The position numbers were made by a program, and so were the translations under genes. From Bacteroidales bacterium (GTDB lineage Bacteria; Bacteroidota; Bacteroidia; Bacteroidales; UBA12077): DNA of 64,000 nucleotides. This document shows, piece by piece, positions 1 to 10,594 of the stretch (positions within the stretch are counted from its first letter, which is position 1; each line of letters starts with the position of its first letter). The stretch spans positions 404 through 64,403 of the forward strand of contig JAQIBH010000018.1 in the NCBI GenBank assembly GCA_027859205.1, in the 5' to 3' direction. A model generated the notes under the pieces. It had not been told where the DNA came from. It did no database searches and saw only the letters and a program-made list of their open reading frames with translations.

Positions 1-898
1 TAATTTCGGCAGGAACACCATATGAGTTTTCAATATTTAAATTAATTATTGGAGCTTCGAAACGAATATACCCGTCAAGAGTATTTTCAAAAAAGCCAAG
101 TGGAATTTCTCCAGCTTCGCTTACCAATTCATAATCACCTATATAACCGAAAATAGCTTCGAAATTTAAATTTTCAATAGTTGCTGTAATTGCTATTTCT
201 TCACCAGCAATTATTGGAGCTCCAGAACTTATAAGTTCAACGTGAAAATCAACAGGCATAAATGCAGTATCATTGCCTGCCGAGTCTTCTAAATAGATGG
301 TATGTCCATCAAGTGCGAATGGAGTATTATAGTTAAAACCACCGCTTGCATCATCAATAACAATAGTTTGTGTGAAAGGTACATTGTTTAGTCTAATATT
401 TGGGCAAGTAATAATAATATTACCGGTATGTTGAAATTCAGAACTAATATCAAAAACCATATCTCCTTGATTTAAAATCATGCTATCTAACTTTTCGCCG
501 TTCCCAAATGTAAATGCGAATTTCTGTGTTCTGTCTAAAGCTAAAGTATCTCCGGTATTCCAACCTGGGAAACCCGGAAGAAGGGTAAAGTCAGCTTCAA
601 TAAAAAATTCAATAAAATCTTGAGAAGGAATTTCCAGTAAATCGTTAGCAGTAAATGAGAATAATGAATCTGAATATGTGATATATAATAATCCATCGGC
701 ATCCGAGCTTATAAAGCTTGAACTATCAAATTCACTAATAATATTATCAAAACTTAATGATCCATAAGCTAATGGAGTTAGTACACCTGCTCGAATCTCA
801 ATATCCGTGTCCAGATTATTAATATCGAATTCATCTCTCATACATTGTGTAAATACGACAATTATAAAGAGAGAAAATATTATTTTGAAATTTTTCAT
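1..898 (-). CDS. hypothetical lipoprotein (first 299 codons; 3' end lies beyond the window start)
   Basis: Absent from the supplied ORF track because it runs off the edge. Hand translation of the minus strand from ATG (complement of 896-898) stays open down to position 2: MKNFKIIFSLFIIVVFTQCMRDEFDINNLDTDIEIRAGVLTPLAYGSLSF... It has a hydrophobic signal peptide ending in a lipobox-like FTQC. Confidence 0.6.
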   Translation of the reverse strand, partial: MKNFKIIFSLFIIVVFTQCMRDEFDINNLDTDIEIRAGVLTPLAYGSLSFDNIISEFDSSSFISSDADGLLYITYSDSLFSFTANDLLEIPSQDFIEFFIEADFTLLPGFPGWNTGDTLALDRTQKFAFTFGNGEKLDSMILNQGDMVFDISSEFQHTGNIIITCPNIRLNNVPFTQTIVIDDASGGFNYNTPFALDGHTIYLEDSAGNDTAFMPVDFHVELISSGAPIIAGEEIAITATIENLNFEAIFGYIGDYELVSEAGEIPLGFFENTLDGYIRFEAPIINLNIENSYGVPAEI

Positions 899-920
899 AA
901 CTTTAGAGTTTAGATATTTA

Positions 921-3677
921 CTAATCTACGGAATAATTGTATAAAAAGTTATATTTTGTGCCAACAATTAAATTAAACTGATTACGAGAGTCTCCCAGAA
1001 AACCAATCGTAAAAGGAGTATTTCCTTTTAAAGGAAAGCCATCATATAAAGTTCCGTTGCTATTAAACAAGAAAATCTCATTGTTTGTTTTAGCCACAAT
1101 GCCTATTTTTCTATCATCATATGAAAAGTAATAATAAATAGGTGGAGATTCAATATTATTATCGAATTTATAATCAAAGAGTTTAGTTTTATTTTGTTTG
1201 TATACTGTTAATTTGTTTTTATCAAGAAATAAATAATCTTTAAATCCATCGGCATTAATATCGACGTATTCAAAGAAATGATTTGAAGAGTAATTCTCAA
1301 TTTGTTTTGTTTCGACAGTACCATTCAAATATATCATTCTAACCAATCCGGATGTGTCTGTTGTTACAAAATGTGGATTGACATTGTTACCCATTTCGAG
1401 AATAAATCTGTTGTTTACCGATTTAGGGAAATGATTTTTTATTATGATTCGTTCTTCGCCTCTTCGATTGAGAATATATACTCTTGATTTATCTGCAAAA
1501 ATAAGATAATCGTTTGATTTTATCCTAAAGTGTTGAATTGGAGATGTTACATAATTATCTGTTTGATCAAATTTCCATCCATTAATTAAATTTCCTTCCA
1601 AATTATACAAATAAACGTTTTTGTTTTTACAAGGAATAAAAATTCGATAATCTAGGGTTTTATCATAATCAAATATTGCTAAGCCAGCAGTAGAAGGAGA
1701 TCTTAACTTAACAGGATAACGCTCAACATAATTGCCTTTTCTGTCGATTAAATGAATTTTGCTTTTTGTACTAAATAGAAACTGAAGCTTTCCATTTTTG
1801 TAAAAATCAACCTGATGTATTTCACTATTTATTTTTTCATTCAACTGTACTTTCCATAAAATTCTACCAACTTTATTAATCAGGTAGATTTTATTATTTA
1901 AATCTTGAACAAAAATCTCATTTTCTTTTGTGTAATGATTTGTTACTAAGGCAGGCTTAAAATTTATCGAGGTATCCAAATGACTTTCCCAAACAGTAAC
2001 TGCTTCGTCTTTTACTTCAGAAATATATTGTAAATATAAATTATTGTATATCATATCATTGTTTTGCTGAAATTGAACAGCAAAAGCATGAAATTTCTTG
2101 AAACTCTCAATGTTTTTACTTAATCCGTTTTTAAGATTAGAGTTTAAAAACCCTGAAATATATTTAGGAGAACGAAACATGTTTGTATAAAAATAGAAAT
2201 TCGATTTTGAGGATAAATAATTAGAGAATTGGTCAAATTTCATATCATTATCCAAGGTTTTATGTAAAATATTCGCATGAATAAATTTGGAAACCGAATT
2301 AGCAGAATTACCAATAATTAAAAAATTATCGATAAATGTTACATATTGATTTTTAAACTCAGGAAAAATATTTCCAAAAAATGTACTAAAAACACCATCA
2401 AATGGTAATGAATAAACTTTGTATGAAGTTTCTTTATCTATTTGTATTTCGTTTATTAATTGAGAAAGATTAATTTTATTTGTTTCTGCAATTTTAGAAA
2501 TAATACCCTTTAAATTTTTTTCGGTAACACTTTTACCTTTTGTTCGCATTATAATGTAAGTATTATCTTCGAAATTATTATTTAGTTCATCTGTTACAAC
2601 AATCCCAATTTCTTCGTCTAGATTCTTAATGAAAAATTGTTCTAAATCTATGGCATATTTGTTTTTAAAGCGATCGAGCTGTAACTGATACTTGTTTATT
2701 TTACCTTCTTTTTCAAGAAATGATTTATAATCGTCAAAATATTTTTGGTTATTGCTAATTCCAAAAGAAAGAAAAAGTGAAGTATTCGATGGAAGAATAC
2801 TATTCATTTTATGACTAATAGGGCTTTGATTCAAGAATATGTTAAGATAATTATTGGAATCATCACTAAAAGTAAAACCGTTAAGCAGAACAGCGTCTTT
2901 TTTTAAATTAATATCAAGCTCAGCCCAATTACCAAAATTTGAGAATTTAGAAATTAATGAACTATATTTTGTGTCAAGTGTAAGGGATATAATTTCATTT
3001 AATTTGGGGAAATTTAAATAAACATTGGCATCTACATTTTTGCCGGCAGTTTTTCTAACCTTTACAAACCCCTCTTCATTAAGTATTGATTTTTCAGCCT
3101 CAGCTTGTCTTAATGAATTCTCAATTAGTATTGCCGATGAACTAACTGATAGTATTCCTTTGTAAAAAGAGAAATTAAATTCTTTTTTATTTGTTTTGGC
3201 GATGTATATTTTAGAATTATTGTAATCTCTACTTGAAACAGTTTTGTCTGGTGTTAAAAGTTCGGTAATTGTCTGTAGAATAAGCTTTTTGTCTCTTGCA
3301 TTCTGAAGTTCTAACATAAATAAAAAACCTAAATTTGATTTCCCAATTTTATGTGCTGAAATAATAATATTGTTATTTTTTGTTAAATTTTGAATTACAG
3401 GATTGCTATTAGAGATTTTAATGAGCTCGTTTAAATCATTATCAAAACTTTTTAAAGCAGGAAGTAATAAAAGTTCTTTCCATATTTTACTCTCTGTTCT
3501 TACTTCCGCAATTTTTTTAATAAAATCGTTACTTTCTATAATAATTGAAGCATCTGTAGGAATCATTTTATGCAAATCAAAATCGGGTAGTTGTTGTTTT
3601 TTTAAATATGTGTAACCAAAGTAGGAAGAAAGAATTACTATTAAAGATGCAACTCCAATTAGGACTTTTTTGAGCAT
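921..3677 (-). CDS. membrane-anchored hypothetical protein with C-terminal beta-propeller-like repeats
   Basis: 918-aa ORF with an N-terminal TM helix (VLIGVASLIVILSSYFGY). The C-terminal third is strand-rich and repetitive, with an FG-GAP-like Ca-binding motif (VDINADGFKDYLF). No catalytic motif recognised. Confidence 0.7.
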   Translation of the reverse strand: MLKKVLIGVASLIVILSSYFGYTYLKKQQLPDFDLHKMIPTDASIIIESNDFIKKIAEVRTESKIWKELLLLPALKSFDNDLNELIKISNSNPVIQNLTKNNNIIISAHKIGKSNLGFLFMLELQNARDKKLILQTITELLTPDKTVSSRDYNNSKIYIAKTNKKEFNFSFYKGILSVSSSAILIENSLRQAEAEKSILNEEGFVKVRKTAGKNVDANVYLNFPKLNEIISLTLDTKYSSLISKFSNFGNWAELDINLKKDAVLLNGFTFSDDSNNYLNIFLNQSPISHKMNSILPSNTSLFLSFGISNNQKYFDDYKSFLEKEGKINKYQLQLDRFKNKYAIDLEQFFIKNLDEEIGIVVTDELNNNFEDNTYIIMRTKGKSVTEKNLKGIISKIAETNKINLSQLINEIQIDKETSYKVYSLPFDGVFSTFFGNIFPEFKNQYVTFIDNFLIIGNSANSVSKFIHANILHKTLDNDMKFDQFSNYLSSKSNFYFYTNMFRSPKYISGFLNSNLKNGLSKNIESFKKFHAFAVQFQQNNDMIYNNLYLQYISEVKDEAVTVWESHLDTSINFKPALVTNHYTKENEIFVQDLNNKIYLINKVGRILWKVQLNEKINSEIHQVDFYKNGKLQFLFSTKSKIHLIDRKGNYVERYPVKLRSPSTAGLAIFDYDKTLDYRIFIPCKNKNVYLYNLEGNLINGWKFDQTDNYVTSPIQHFRIKSNDYLIFADKSRVYILNRRGEERIIIKNHFPKSVNNRFILEMGNNVNPHFVTTDTSGLVRMIYLNGTVETKQIENYSSNHFFEYVDINADGFKDYLFLDKNKLTVYKQNKTKLFDYKFDNNIESPPIYYYFSYDDRKIGIVAKTNNEIFLFNSNGTLYDGFPLKGNTPFTIGFLGDSRNQFNLIVGTKYNFLYNYSVD

Positions 3678-3877
3678 AAGCTTTTAAATCAATTATACAA
3701 TTATTCAAAAATATTAAATATAATGTTATATATAAAATTTATAAGTGAACAATCACAATTTAATAATGATTAAGCTAATTTTATTAATAAATATAAAAGA
3801 TATCTATCATTAAGGAATTTTTTTTTTCTTTAATATTGCATATATTCGAAATTTAAAAAGCATTAGTTTTAGTGATT

Positions 3878-6277
3878 ATGATTAGAAGAATTTATTTAAC
3901 CTCATTTTCCGTTTTCCTGGCTCTTTTTTCTTTTGGCCAAACACTAATATTAAAAGACGCTGAAACAAAAGATCTGGTTGCTGAAGTGGCAATATATAAT
4001 AAAGATAAAACAAAGTCAGCACTCTCAGATTCAGTCGGCAAGATTTTCCTCGATATATTCTCTGACAAGGAAATGATTTATATGCAGCATCCAGCTTATA
4101 AAAAAATAAAATTTGCAAAATCGGAACTCGAATCAAATATTTTATATATAGAGAAAAATGTAATAGAAATTGAGGAATTTGTTATTTCTGCATATCGATG
4201 GGAGCAAAATATAAATGAGATCCCCAATAAAATAACTCGTTTAAGTCAAAAGGATATTATTTTTAGTAATCCTCAAACTACTGCCGATTTATTAGCAAAT
4301 TCAAATGAAGTATTTGTACAGAAAAGTCAGTTGGGTGGAGGAAGTCCTATGATAAGAGGATTTTCTACAAACACAGTTTTACTAGTTATAGATGGTGTAC
4401 GGATGAATAATGCTATTTATCGTGAGGGCAATTTGCAAAATATAATTTCTTTAGATCCTAATGTAATTGAAAGTAGTGAAATTATATTTGGACCTGGATC
4501 GGTTACTTATGGTAGCGATGCTCTCGGAGGGGTTATGGATTTTCATACTTTAAGAGCTAAACTTTCAACAAGCGAGAGCACTAAGTTTTCAGGGAATGCG
4601 TTTACTCGATATTCATCAGCCAATAAGGAAAAAACAGGACATCTCGATTTTAATATAGCTTCAGAAAAGTGGGCGTTCTTGTCAAATATAAGTTATAGCG
4701 ATTATGATGATTTAAGAATGGGAAGCAATAATAATGATGAATACATACGATTTGAATATGTAAAGCAAGTTAATGGCACTGATTCAACAATAACGAATAG
4801 CAATCCAAATATTCAATATGAAACGGGCTATAATCAGATTAATTTAATGCAAAAAATAAGATTTAGACCATCAGATAAACTTGATGTGAACTATGCATTT
4901 CATTATTCGAAGCTTTCCGATGTGCCACGGTACGATAGACTCATTCAATATGATAATGGACTTTTGGCGTATGGCGATTGGTATTATGGACCACAAATAT
5001 GGATGATGCATAATTTAAATATGAATTATGTAAAACCAACTTGGTTTTTTGATAAATCGAATTTAACAATTGCATACCAAGATTATCAAGAAAGTCGCAA
5101 TAGCAGAAAATATCAGAGCGAAGATTTAAGTGAAAGAGTAGAAAATGTTTTTGCTTATAGTATTAATTTGGATTTTGATAAAAATCTAAAAAGAGATAAT
5201 CAGTTGTATTATGGGCTTGAGGCTGTTTATAATAAAGTAATATCAGAGGCACAGAACAGAAATATAGTAACAAATGAATTATCACCCGAATCAACTCGAT
5301 ATCCTGATGGAGATAATAAATACACAACTTTAGCAGCTTATTTAAGTTATAAAGAGAATTTTAGCGAGAAATTTACTGTAATAACAGGTATTCGAGCTAA
5401 TTATGTAAGTACATATTCTACTTTAATCGATACAACATTTTATAATCTTCCTTATAATGAAATTTCGGTTAGCAATAGTGCTTTAAATGGCTCGGTCGGG
5501 ATTGTTTATAAACCAAAGAAAACTTGGCAAATAAACATGAATTTATCTTCGGGTTTTCATGCACCAAATATTGATGATATGGCAAAAATATTTGACTCTG
5601 AGCCAGGTAATGTTGTTGTTCCTAATGAGAATTTAAATCCTGAGTATGCCTATAATATTGATTTAGGAATTTCAAAAACTTTTAAAAATATTGGATCTTT
5701 AAGTATAACAGGATTTTACACTATTTTAGAAAATGCTTTTATCCGTAGTGATTTCACGTTTAATGGTGAGGATTCAATAATTTATGATGGCGAAATGAGC
5801 AAAACCCAAGCCATTGTAAATGCTGACGGAGCTATTGTTTATGGTTTAAGTGCTGCGTTGATTTTAAATTTATCACAGAAATTAAATCTGTCATCAAAAA
5901 TTAATTGTACTTCGGGAAAAGATGATGAAGGAAACGCGTTAAGACATGTTGCTCCATTATTTGGTAGTACACGGTTAAGTTTTACTGACAAAAAGTTTAC
6001 AGCATCAGTTTTTGCAAATTATAATGGTAAAATTGACTATGAAAATCTTGCACCAAGCGAACAAAGTAAGTCATATATGTATGCTAGTGATGATAATGGA
6101 AATCCATTTTCTCCTGCATGGTGGACATTAAATTTTATGGCATCAATTAATTATAAAGAAAACATAAAAGTAAACTTTGGTATTGAAAACATTTTTGACA
6201 ATCGCTATAGACCATATTCCTCTGGAATTGTAGCTCCGGGAAGAAATCTTATAGTTGGTCTCCGATTAAATTTCTAA
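3878..6277 (+). CDS. TonB-dependent receptor
   Basis: Signal peptide and plug-domain motifs (VFVQKSQLGGGSPMIRGF, IDGVRMNNAIY, GPGSVTYGSDALGGVMDF). Long beta-barrel region ending in the typical aromatic terminus ...GLRLNF. The ORF opens at GTG 3872; ATG 3878 is preferred. Confidence 0.9.
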   Translation: MIRRIYLTSFSVFLALFSFGQTLILKDAETKDLVAEVAIYNKDKTKSALSDSVGKIFLDIFSDKEMIYMQHPAYKKIKFAKSELESNILYIEKNVIEIEEFVISAYRWEQNINEIPNKITRLSQKDIIFSNPQTTADLLANSNEVFVQKSQLGGGSPMIRGFSTNTVLLVIDGVRMNNAIYREGNLQNIISLDPNVIESSEIIFGPGSVTYGSDALGGVMDFHTLRAKLSTSESTKFSGNAFTRYSSANKEKTGHLDFNIASEKWAFLSNISYSDYDDLRMGSNNNDEYIRFEYVKQVNGTDSTITNSNPNIQYETGYNQINLMQKIRFRPSDKLDVNYAFHYSKLSDVPRYDRLIQYDNGLLAYGDWYYGPQIWMMHNLNMNYVKPTWFFDKSNLTIAYQDYQESRNSRKYQSEDLSERVENVFAYSINLDFDKNLKRDNQLYYGLEAVYNKVISEAQNRNIVTNELSPESTRYPDGDNKYTTLAAYLSYKENFSEKFTVITGIRANYVSTYSTLIDTTFYNLPYNEISVSNSALNGSVGIVYKPKKTWQINMNLSSGFHAPNIDDMAKIFDSEPGNVVVPNENLNPEYAYNIDLGISKTFKNIGSLSITGFYTILENAFIRSDFTFNGEDSIIYDGEMSKTQAIVNADGAIVYGLSAALILNLSQKLNLSSKINCTSGKDDEGNALRHVAPLFGSTRLSFTDKKFTASVFANYNGKIDYENLAPSEQSKSYMYASDDNGNPFSPAWWTLNFMASINYKENIKVNFGIENIFDNRYRPYSSGIVAPGRNLIVGLRLNF

Positions 6278-6375
6278 TATTTTTTACCTAATTCTATTTT
6301 TTTGGTTCAAAGATTGTAAAGGATTACAATAAATTGGTAAATTTATTTTTTTGAAATGAACTAATCTTTTCTAAA

Positions 6376-7437
6376 ATGAAGCATATATTAGAAGCTACAT
6401 TATTCTTTTTAACTATAAATCTATCGCTGTTTTCGCAGGGAGAATCAAATTCAAATTTAATTGATAAGGATAAAAAAATATATGAAGAAAGTGTTTTTAA
6501 TAAAGAATTTGATGAAGATGAAGATACATCTGATATAGCATGGAAACTTTATGAAAGAATTCCTGAAAAACTTCCTAACTGGGTTTTTTCTCCTATTGAT
6601 ATAAATAAATCGGATAGAATTATTGCTTGTTCAGATCCTAATATGATTAAAAAAGAAGCTTTTAAACAAGCAGTTTTAAGAGCTAAAGCAATGTTTGCTT
6701 TAATGAAATATAGTAGTGTAAGTAATATTACTGATGATTACACTAATTTAAAAGAATCGGGGAGACATGCGTTATACGCAACAAAGTTTCAAGACTTTTC
6801 TCTTGCAAAGGCTAAATTGGTGTACAATAACTCAGCAATAGTAATTATCAATACATTTTATACAAAATATAATGAGGCAATAGTTTTAATTGATCTTAAT
6901 TATAAATTAGATTCAGTCGAAAATAAAGATACACTCATTGTTAAAGGAGAACATTTACAAATATTTACAGAAAAGAATTTTAAAAATGAAAAAATTGAGT
7001 TTTTTAATTTTTCAATTCAAGATAATTTATTCAAAAACGATTCAACCGATTTTCTTGCTCAATATAACTACAGAGTAATAAATCGCGGATTCGATATTTA
7101 TTCAATTTATGGAAATAATACAATCGAGTTTAAAGAAAGAACGTATAATTACAGAACAGAGATAGATTTTGTGATGGATAGTACAAAATCTGAATTAAAT
7201 AGGTTCCGTTTAACCCGTGGTTTGTGGAATGGATATATAACTGGTGTATTAGGTAATATAACAATTCTATCAAAGCAACTTGCTAGTCATGTTAGAAATT
7301 CAAATGACAATTACATACTTAAAAATGAAGGACTAATTCGTTCCATTGCAAGAAATAATATTTCTTTTTGGTTTAGTAGTTTTGAGATGTACGAAAATCA
7401 GTTTTTTATTGATTTAAACGGACAAATTTATCAATAG
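6376..7437 (+). CDS. hypothetical secreted protein
   Basis: 353-aa ORF with an N-terminal signal-like segment (ATLFFLTINLSLFSQG). No recognisable motif. It sits in the same orientation between the TonB receptor and the Na/Pi transporter genes. Confidence 0.6.
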   Translation: MKHILEATLFFLTINLSLFSQGESNSNLIDKDKKIYEESVFNKEFDEDEDTSDIAWKLYERIPEKLPNWVFSPIDINKSDRIIACSDPNMIKKEAFKQAVLRAKAMFALMKYSSVSNITDDYTNLKESGRHALYATKFQDFSLAKAKLVYNNSAIVIINTFYTKYNEAIVLIDLNYKLDSVENKDTLIVKGEHLQIFTEKNFKNEKIEFFNFSIQDNLFKNDSTDFLAQYNYRVINRGFDIYSIYGNNTIEFKERTYNYRTEIDFVMDSTKSELNRFRLTRGLWNGYITGVLGNITILSKQLASHVRNSNDNYILKNEGLIRSIARNNISFWFSSFEMYENQFFIDLNGQIYQ

Positions 7438-7472
7438 CTTATATTTGTTTAAATAAAGCTTTTGGAATTATT

Positions 7473-9578
7473 ATGAGTCGGCCCATTTTTTCATATTATT
7501 TACTTTTAGTTTTTCTATTAATTGGGAATACTTTAAACGCTCAAAATGATAGTCTCAGAATCCCATTTCAATATAAATTAGTAAAGCCTACATCTAAAAT
7601 AATCTCGAATTTTTCTGGAGATAATCAAACACAAACAGTCGGATTAAAATCAGAAAAACCAATTCGGATATTGGTTTTGGATGAGAATAATACTCCCAGT
7701 AAAAATAAGTTGGTAAAACTTAACATAATTTCTGTTCCTAGTGGAGATGTAGAATTTAAGATTTTAGACACTTTAATTTATACCGATTCGGCAGGTATTG
7801 CACAAACATTTATTGTTTTAGGTTTGAAAGAAGGATTGTATGAAATTTCTGCTCAGTTGGTTGATTATCCTGAAAGCAATTTTCTTATTTATAAAGCTAA
7901 TGCAAGAAAATCTAATTGGGTTTTTCTTTTAGTTATTGGCTTGATTGGTGGATTGGGATTATTCCTTTTAGGAATGAATATGATGAGTGATGGAATGCAA
8001 AATGCTGCAGGCGATAAAATGCGTGGCGTTTTAAGTCATATAACAAATAATAGATTTATTGCAATAGGAGTTGGTACATTTGTTACTATGGTTATTCAGA
8101 GTAGTAGCGCAACAACAGTTATGCTAGTTAGTTTTGTATATTCAAAACTTATGAAATTCAGGCAAACAATTGGTATTATTTTAGGCGCAGGAATCGGAAC
8201 TACAATAACTGCACAGTTAATAGCATTTAAATTAACTGATTATTCCCTTTTATTAGTTGGTGTAGGATTCATAATGAATTCATTTACTAAATCTTCATAT
8301 ATTAGAAGTATAGGAAAGACAATTCTTGGCTTTGGGATACTTTTTTTTGGAATGCATATCATGTCCGAATCTATGTTTCCATTAAGATCTTTCGCACCAT
8401 TTATTGATTCCATCGTTAAACTTGAAAACCCTTTACTTGGGATTCTAATAGGCGCAATATTTACAGCATTAATTCAAAGTAGCAGTGCATTTATTGGAAT
8501 AATGATTGTTCTTGCAATGCAAGGCCTAATTAGTCTTGAAGCTTCAATACCTTTGTTATTTGGTGCAAATATTGGAACTGCTATAACCGCAATTCTGGCA
8601 AGCATAAAAACCGATCGTGAAGCAAAACAAGTTGCTTTAGCGCATACATTAATAAAAATTATTGGAGTCTTGCTTTTTTTATTTTGGATTCCTCAATTAG
8701 CCGAGATAGTTAAAATAATTTCTCCAAAAAGTACTTTACCTGATGGAGATTTAAATTCATTGGCCGCAACAGTTCCTCGCCAGATAGCTAATGCACACAC
8801 AGTTTTTAATGTTGTTTTAACATGTTTAATTCTTCCTTTTATTAATGTGTTTGGGAAATTCGTTGAAAAACTTCTTCCTGTAAAATATTTAGAAGAGCCA
8901 GTTTTAAGAACTGTTTATTTGGATTATGGAATGGTGAAAAATGCTTCTTTAGCACTAAGTTTAGCTAAAAAAGAGACCTTGAGAATGGGCAAGTTGGTAC
9001 AGAATATGACTGGCGATATTATTATTCCTTATCTGGTGAAAAAAACAGAAATAATTGAAGATATAAAGAGTAAAGAAGAAGAGGTTAATTTCTTGCGTGA
9101 TCAAATCAACGATTATATTTTAAAAATTACACGAGAAAATCTTAATGAGGAACGTGTTAATGAGTCATTTCAATTACTTTACACTGTAAAAGAGTTTGAG
9201 CAAATTGCAGATATTGTTTCTACTACAATGATTGCTAAAGCCGAAAGGTGGAGTAAAATGAATTATAAATTTTCCATTGAAGGCAAAAATGAAATTGTCA
9301 ATTATCACACAAAAACACAGAAGCAATTAAGTAGAGCGTTGGAGGTTTTGGAAAATGTTAATTTGGAGAAAGCGAAAGCAATGAAAGAAAAATATCGGCA
9401 TTATCGAAATATGGAAATTGAGCTGGAAAAACATCATTTTGAACGCTTAAAAGATGAAATTGTTGAGTCAGTATCGAGCAGTAAAACCCATATTGAATTA
9501 ATGACTTTCCTTCGAGCAATAAACGGACATGCTACTAACATTGCTCGAATATTAATAAAATGGACTGATAAGGGTTAA
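7473..9578 (+). CDS. Na/Pi cotransporter family protein (NptA/YjbB-like) with N-terminal Ig-like extension and C-terminal PhoU-like region
   Basis: Core motifs GLGLFLLGMNMMSDGMQNAAGDKMR and duplicated QSSSATT / QSSSAF. The C-terminal helical region resembles PhoU repeats. The first ~150 aa are a signal peptide plus a Big_1-like segment (GDNQTQTVGLKSEKPIRILVLDENNTP...TDSAGIAQTFIVLG). Confidence 0.85.
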   Translation: MSRPIFSYYLLLVFLLIGNTLNAQNDSLRIPFQYKLVKPTSKIISNFSGDNQTQTVGLKSEKPIRILVLDENNTPSKNKLVKLNIISVPSGDVEFKILDTLIYTDSAGIAQTFIVLGLKEGLYEISAQLVDYPESNFLIYKANARKSNWVFLLVIGLIGGLGLFLLGMNMMSDGMQNAAGDKMRGVLSHITNNRFIAIGVGTFVTMVIQSSSATTVMLVSFVYSKLMKFRQTIGIILGAGIGTTITAQLIAFKLTDYSLLLVGVGFIMNSFTKSSYIRSIGKTILGFGILFFGMHIMSESMFPLRSFAPFIDSIVKLENPLLGILIGAIFTALIQSSSAFIGIMIVLAMQGLISLEASIPLLFGANIGTAITAILASIKTDREAKQVALAHTLIKIIGVLLFLFWIPQLAEIVKIISPKSTLPDGDLNSLAATVPRQIANAHTVFNVVLTCLILPFINVFGKFVEKLLPVKYLEEPVLRTVYLDYGMVKNASLALSLAKKETLRMGKLVQNMTGDIIIPYLVKKTEIIEDIKSKEEEVNFLRDQINDYILKITRENLNEERVNESFQLLYTVKEFEQIADIVSTTMIAKAERWSKMNYKFSIEGKNEIVNYHTKTQKQLSRALEVLENVNLEKAKAMKEKYRHYRNMEIELEKHHFERLKDEIVESVSSSKTHIELMTFLRAINGHATNIARILIKWTDKG

Positions 9579-9662
9579 TAAGTATAGTCTTTAATCTGTA
9601 TTTTATCTATTCTATTCTTTAAATGGGATTCGTCTGTAATCATTATTTTTTCTATTATTTAT

Positions 9663-9688
9663 TTATTAGTATAAAAATATACTAATAA
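9663..9688. promoter_or_regulatory. perfect 11-4-11 palindrome TTATTAGTATA-AAAA-TATACTAATAA, candidate operator
   Basis: Read directly from the sequence. Both 11-nt arms are exact reverse complements. It ends 45 nt upstream of the ATG of the TrmB-family regulator gene. Confidence 0.35.
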
Positions 9689-9733
9689 ACATTGTGGTTG
9701 ATGTTGTTTATATATTAAATTTAACAAATCATT

Positions 9734-10588
9734 ATGGAAGCAAAAACACACATATTTAATAATTTAAGTGACTTAGGATTTAATTTTTTAGAATCAGAAG
9801 TTTATCTAGAATTGCTGGCAAATGAACCGATGACCGCATATAGAGTTGCCAAACAAATTAATAAACCAACGGCAAATGTTTATAAGGCAATAGATTCTTT
9901 ATCACAAAAAGGAGCTGTCCTTATTGAAGATAATAAAAACAGAAAATGTAAAGCAGTTTCTCCAGAGGAGTTTATTAATCATTTAGAGAAACTGATGTTA
10001 TCCAAAACAAGTAATTTAAAAGAACAACTTAAAGATATAGGCAAGGTGTACTATGATGAGAGAACTTACGCTATTGAATCTGTACCTCTTGTTTTTGAAC
10101 GTTTTAACTCAATGATGAGTAAATGTAAGAAGATTGCAGTAATCGATATTTTTCCTGAACCTTTAGAGAAGGTGAAAGATATTATTGAAAAGGCTATTGA
10201 ACGTGGGGTTGAAGTGCATATTCAAGTATATAAGTTAATAGAAATAAAAGGAGCAAATATAGCATACACTGAAGTTGCATCCGAAGCATTACAATATTGG
10301 CAAAGCCAGCAACTAAACTTGGTGACAGATGGAGAAGAGCATCTTTTAGCATTAATGAATAATAGTTTAAGTAAGGTTCTTCAGGCAAAGTGGAGCAATA
10401 GTTTGTATGTTTCGTGTTTATTATTGGGGGGGTTTATACGTGAGCAAGTTGTTATGAATTTGATGCAAAAAATGGACGAGCCCGATTTTGCTGATCAAGC
10501 AAGAACGATATTACAAAATCAAAAGTTTTTCTTTAATTCGAAAATACCAGGAGTGGAGTTATTATTTAAATTATATTCAAGAAGTTAA
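9734..10588 (+). CDS. TrmB-family transcriptional regulator
   Basis: N-terminal winged-helix typical of TrmB (LSDLGFNFLESEVYLELLANEPMTAYRVAKQINKPTANVYKAIDSLSQKGAV) followed by a C-terminal effector-type domain. Confidence 0.8.
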   Translation: MEAKTHIFNNLSDLGFNFLESEVYLELLANEPMTAYRVAKQINKPTANVYKAIDSLSQKGAVLIEDNKNRKCKAVSPEEFINHLEKLMLSKTSNLKEQLKDIGKVYYDERTYAIESVPLVFERFNSMMSKCKKIAVIDIFPEPLEKVKDIIEKAIERGVEVHIQVYKLIEIKGANIAYTEVASEALQYWQSQQLNLVTDGEEHLLALMNNSLSKVLQAKWSNSLYVSCLLLGGFIREQVVMNLMQKMDEPDFADQARTILQNQKFFFNSKIPGVELLFKLYSRS

Positions 10589-10594
10589 AAAAGA

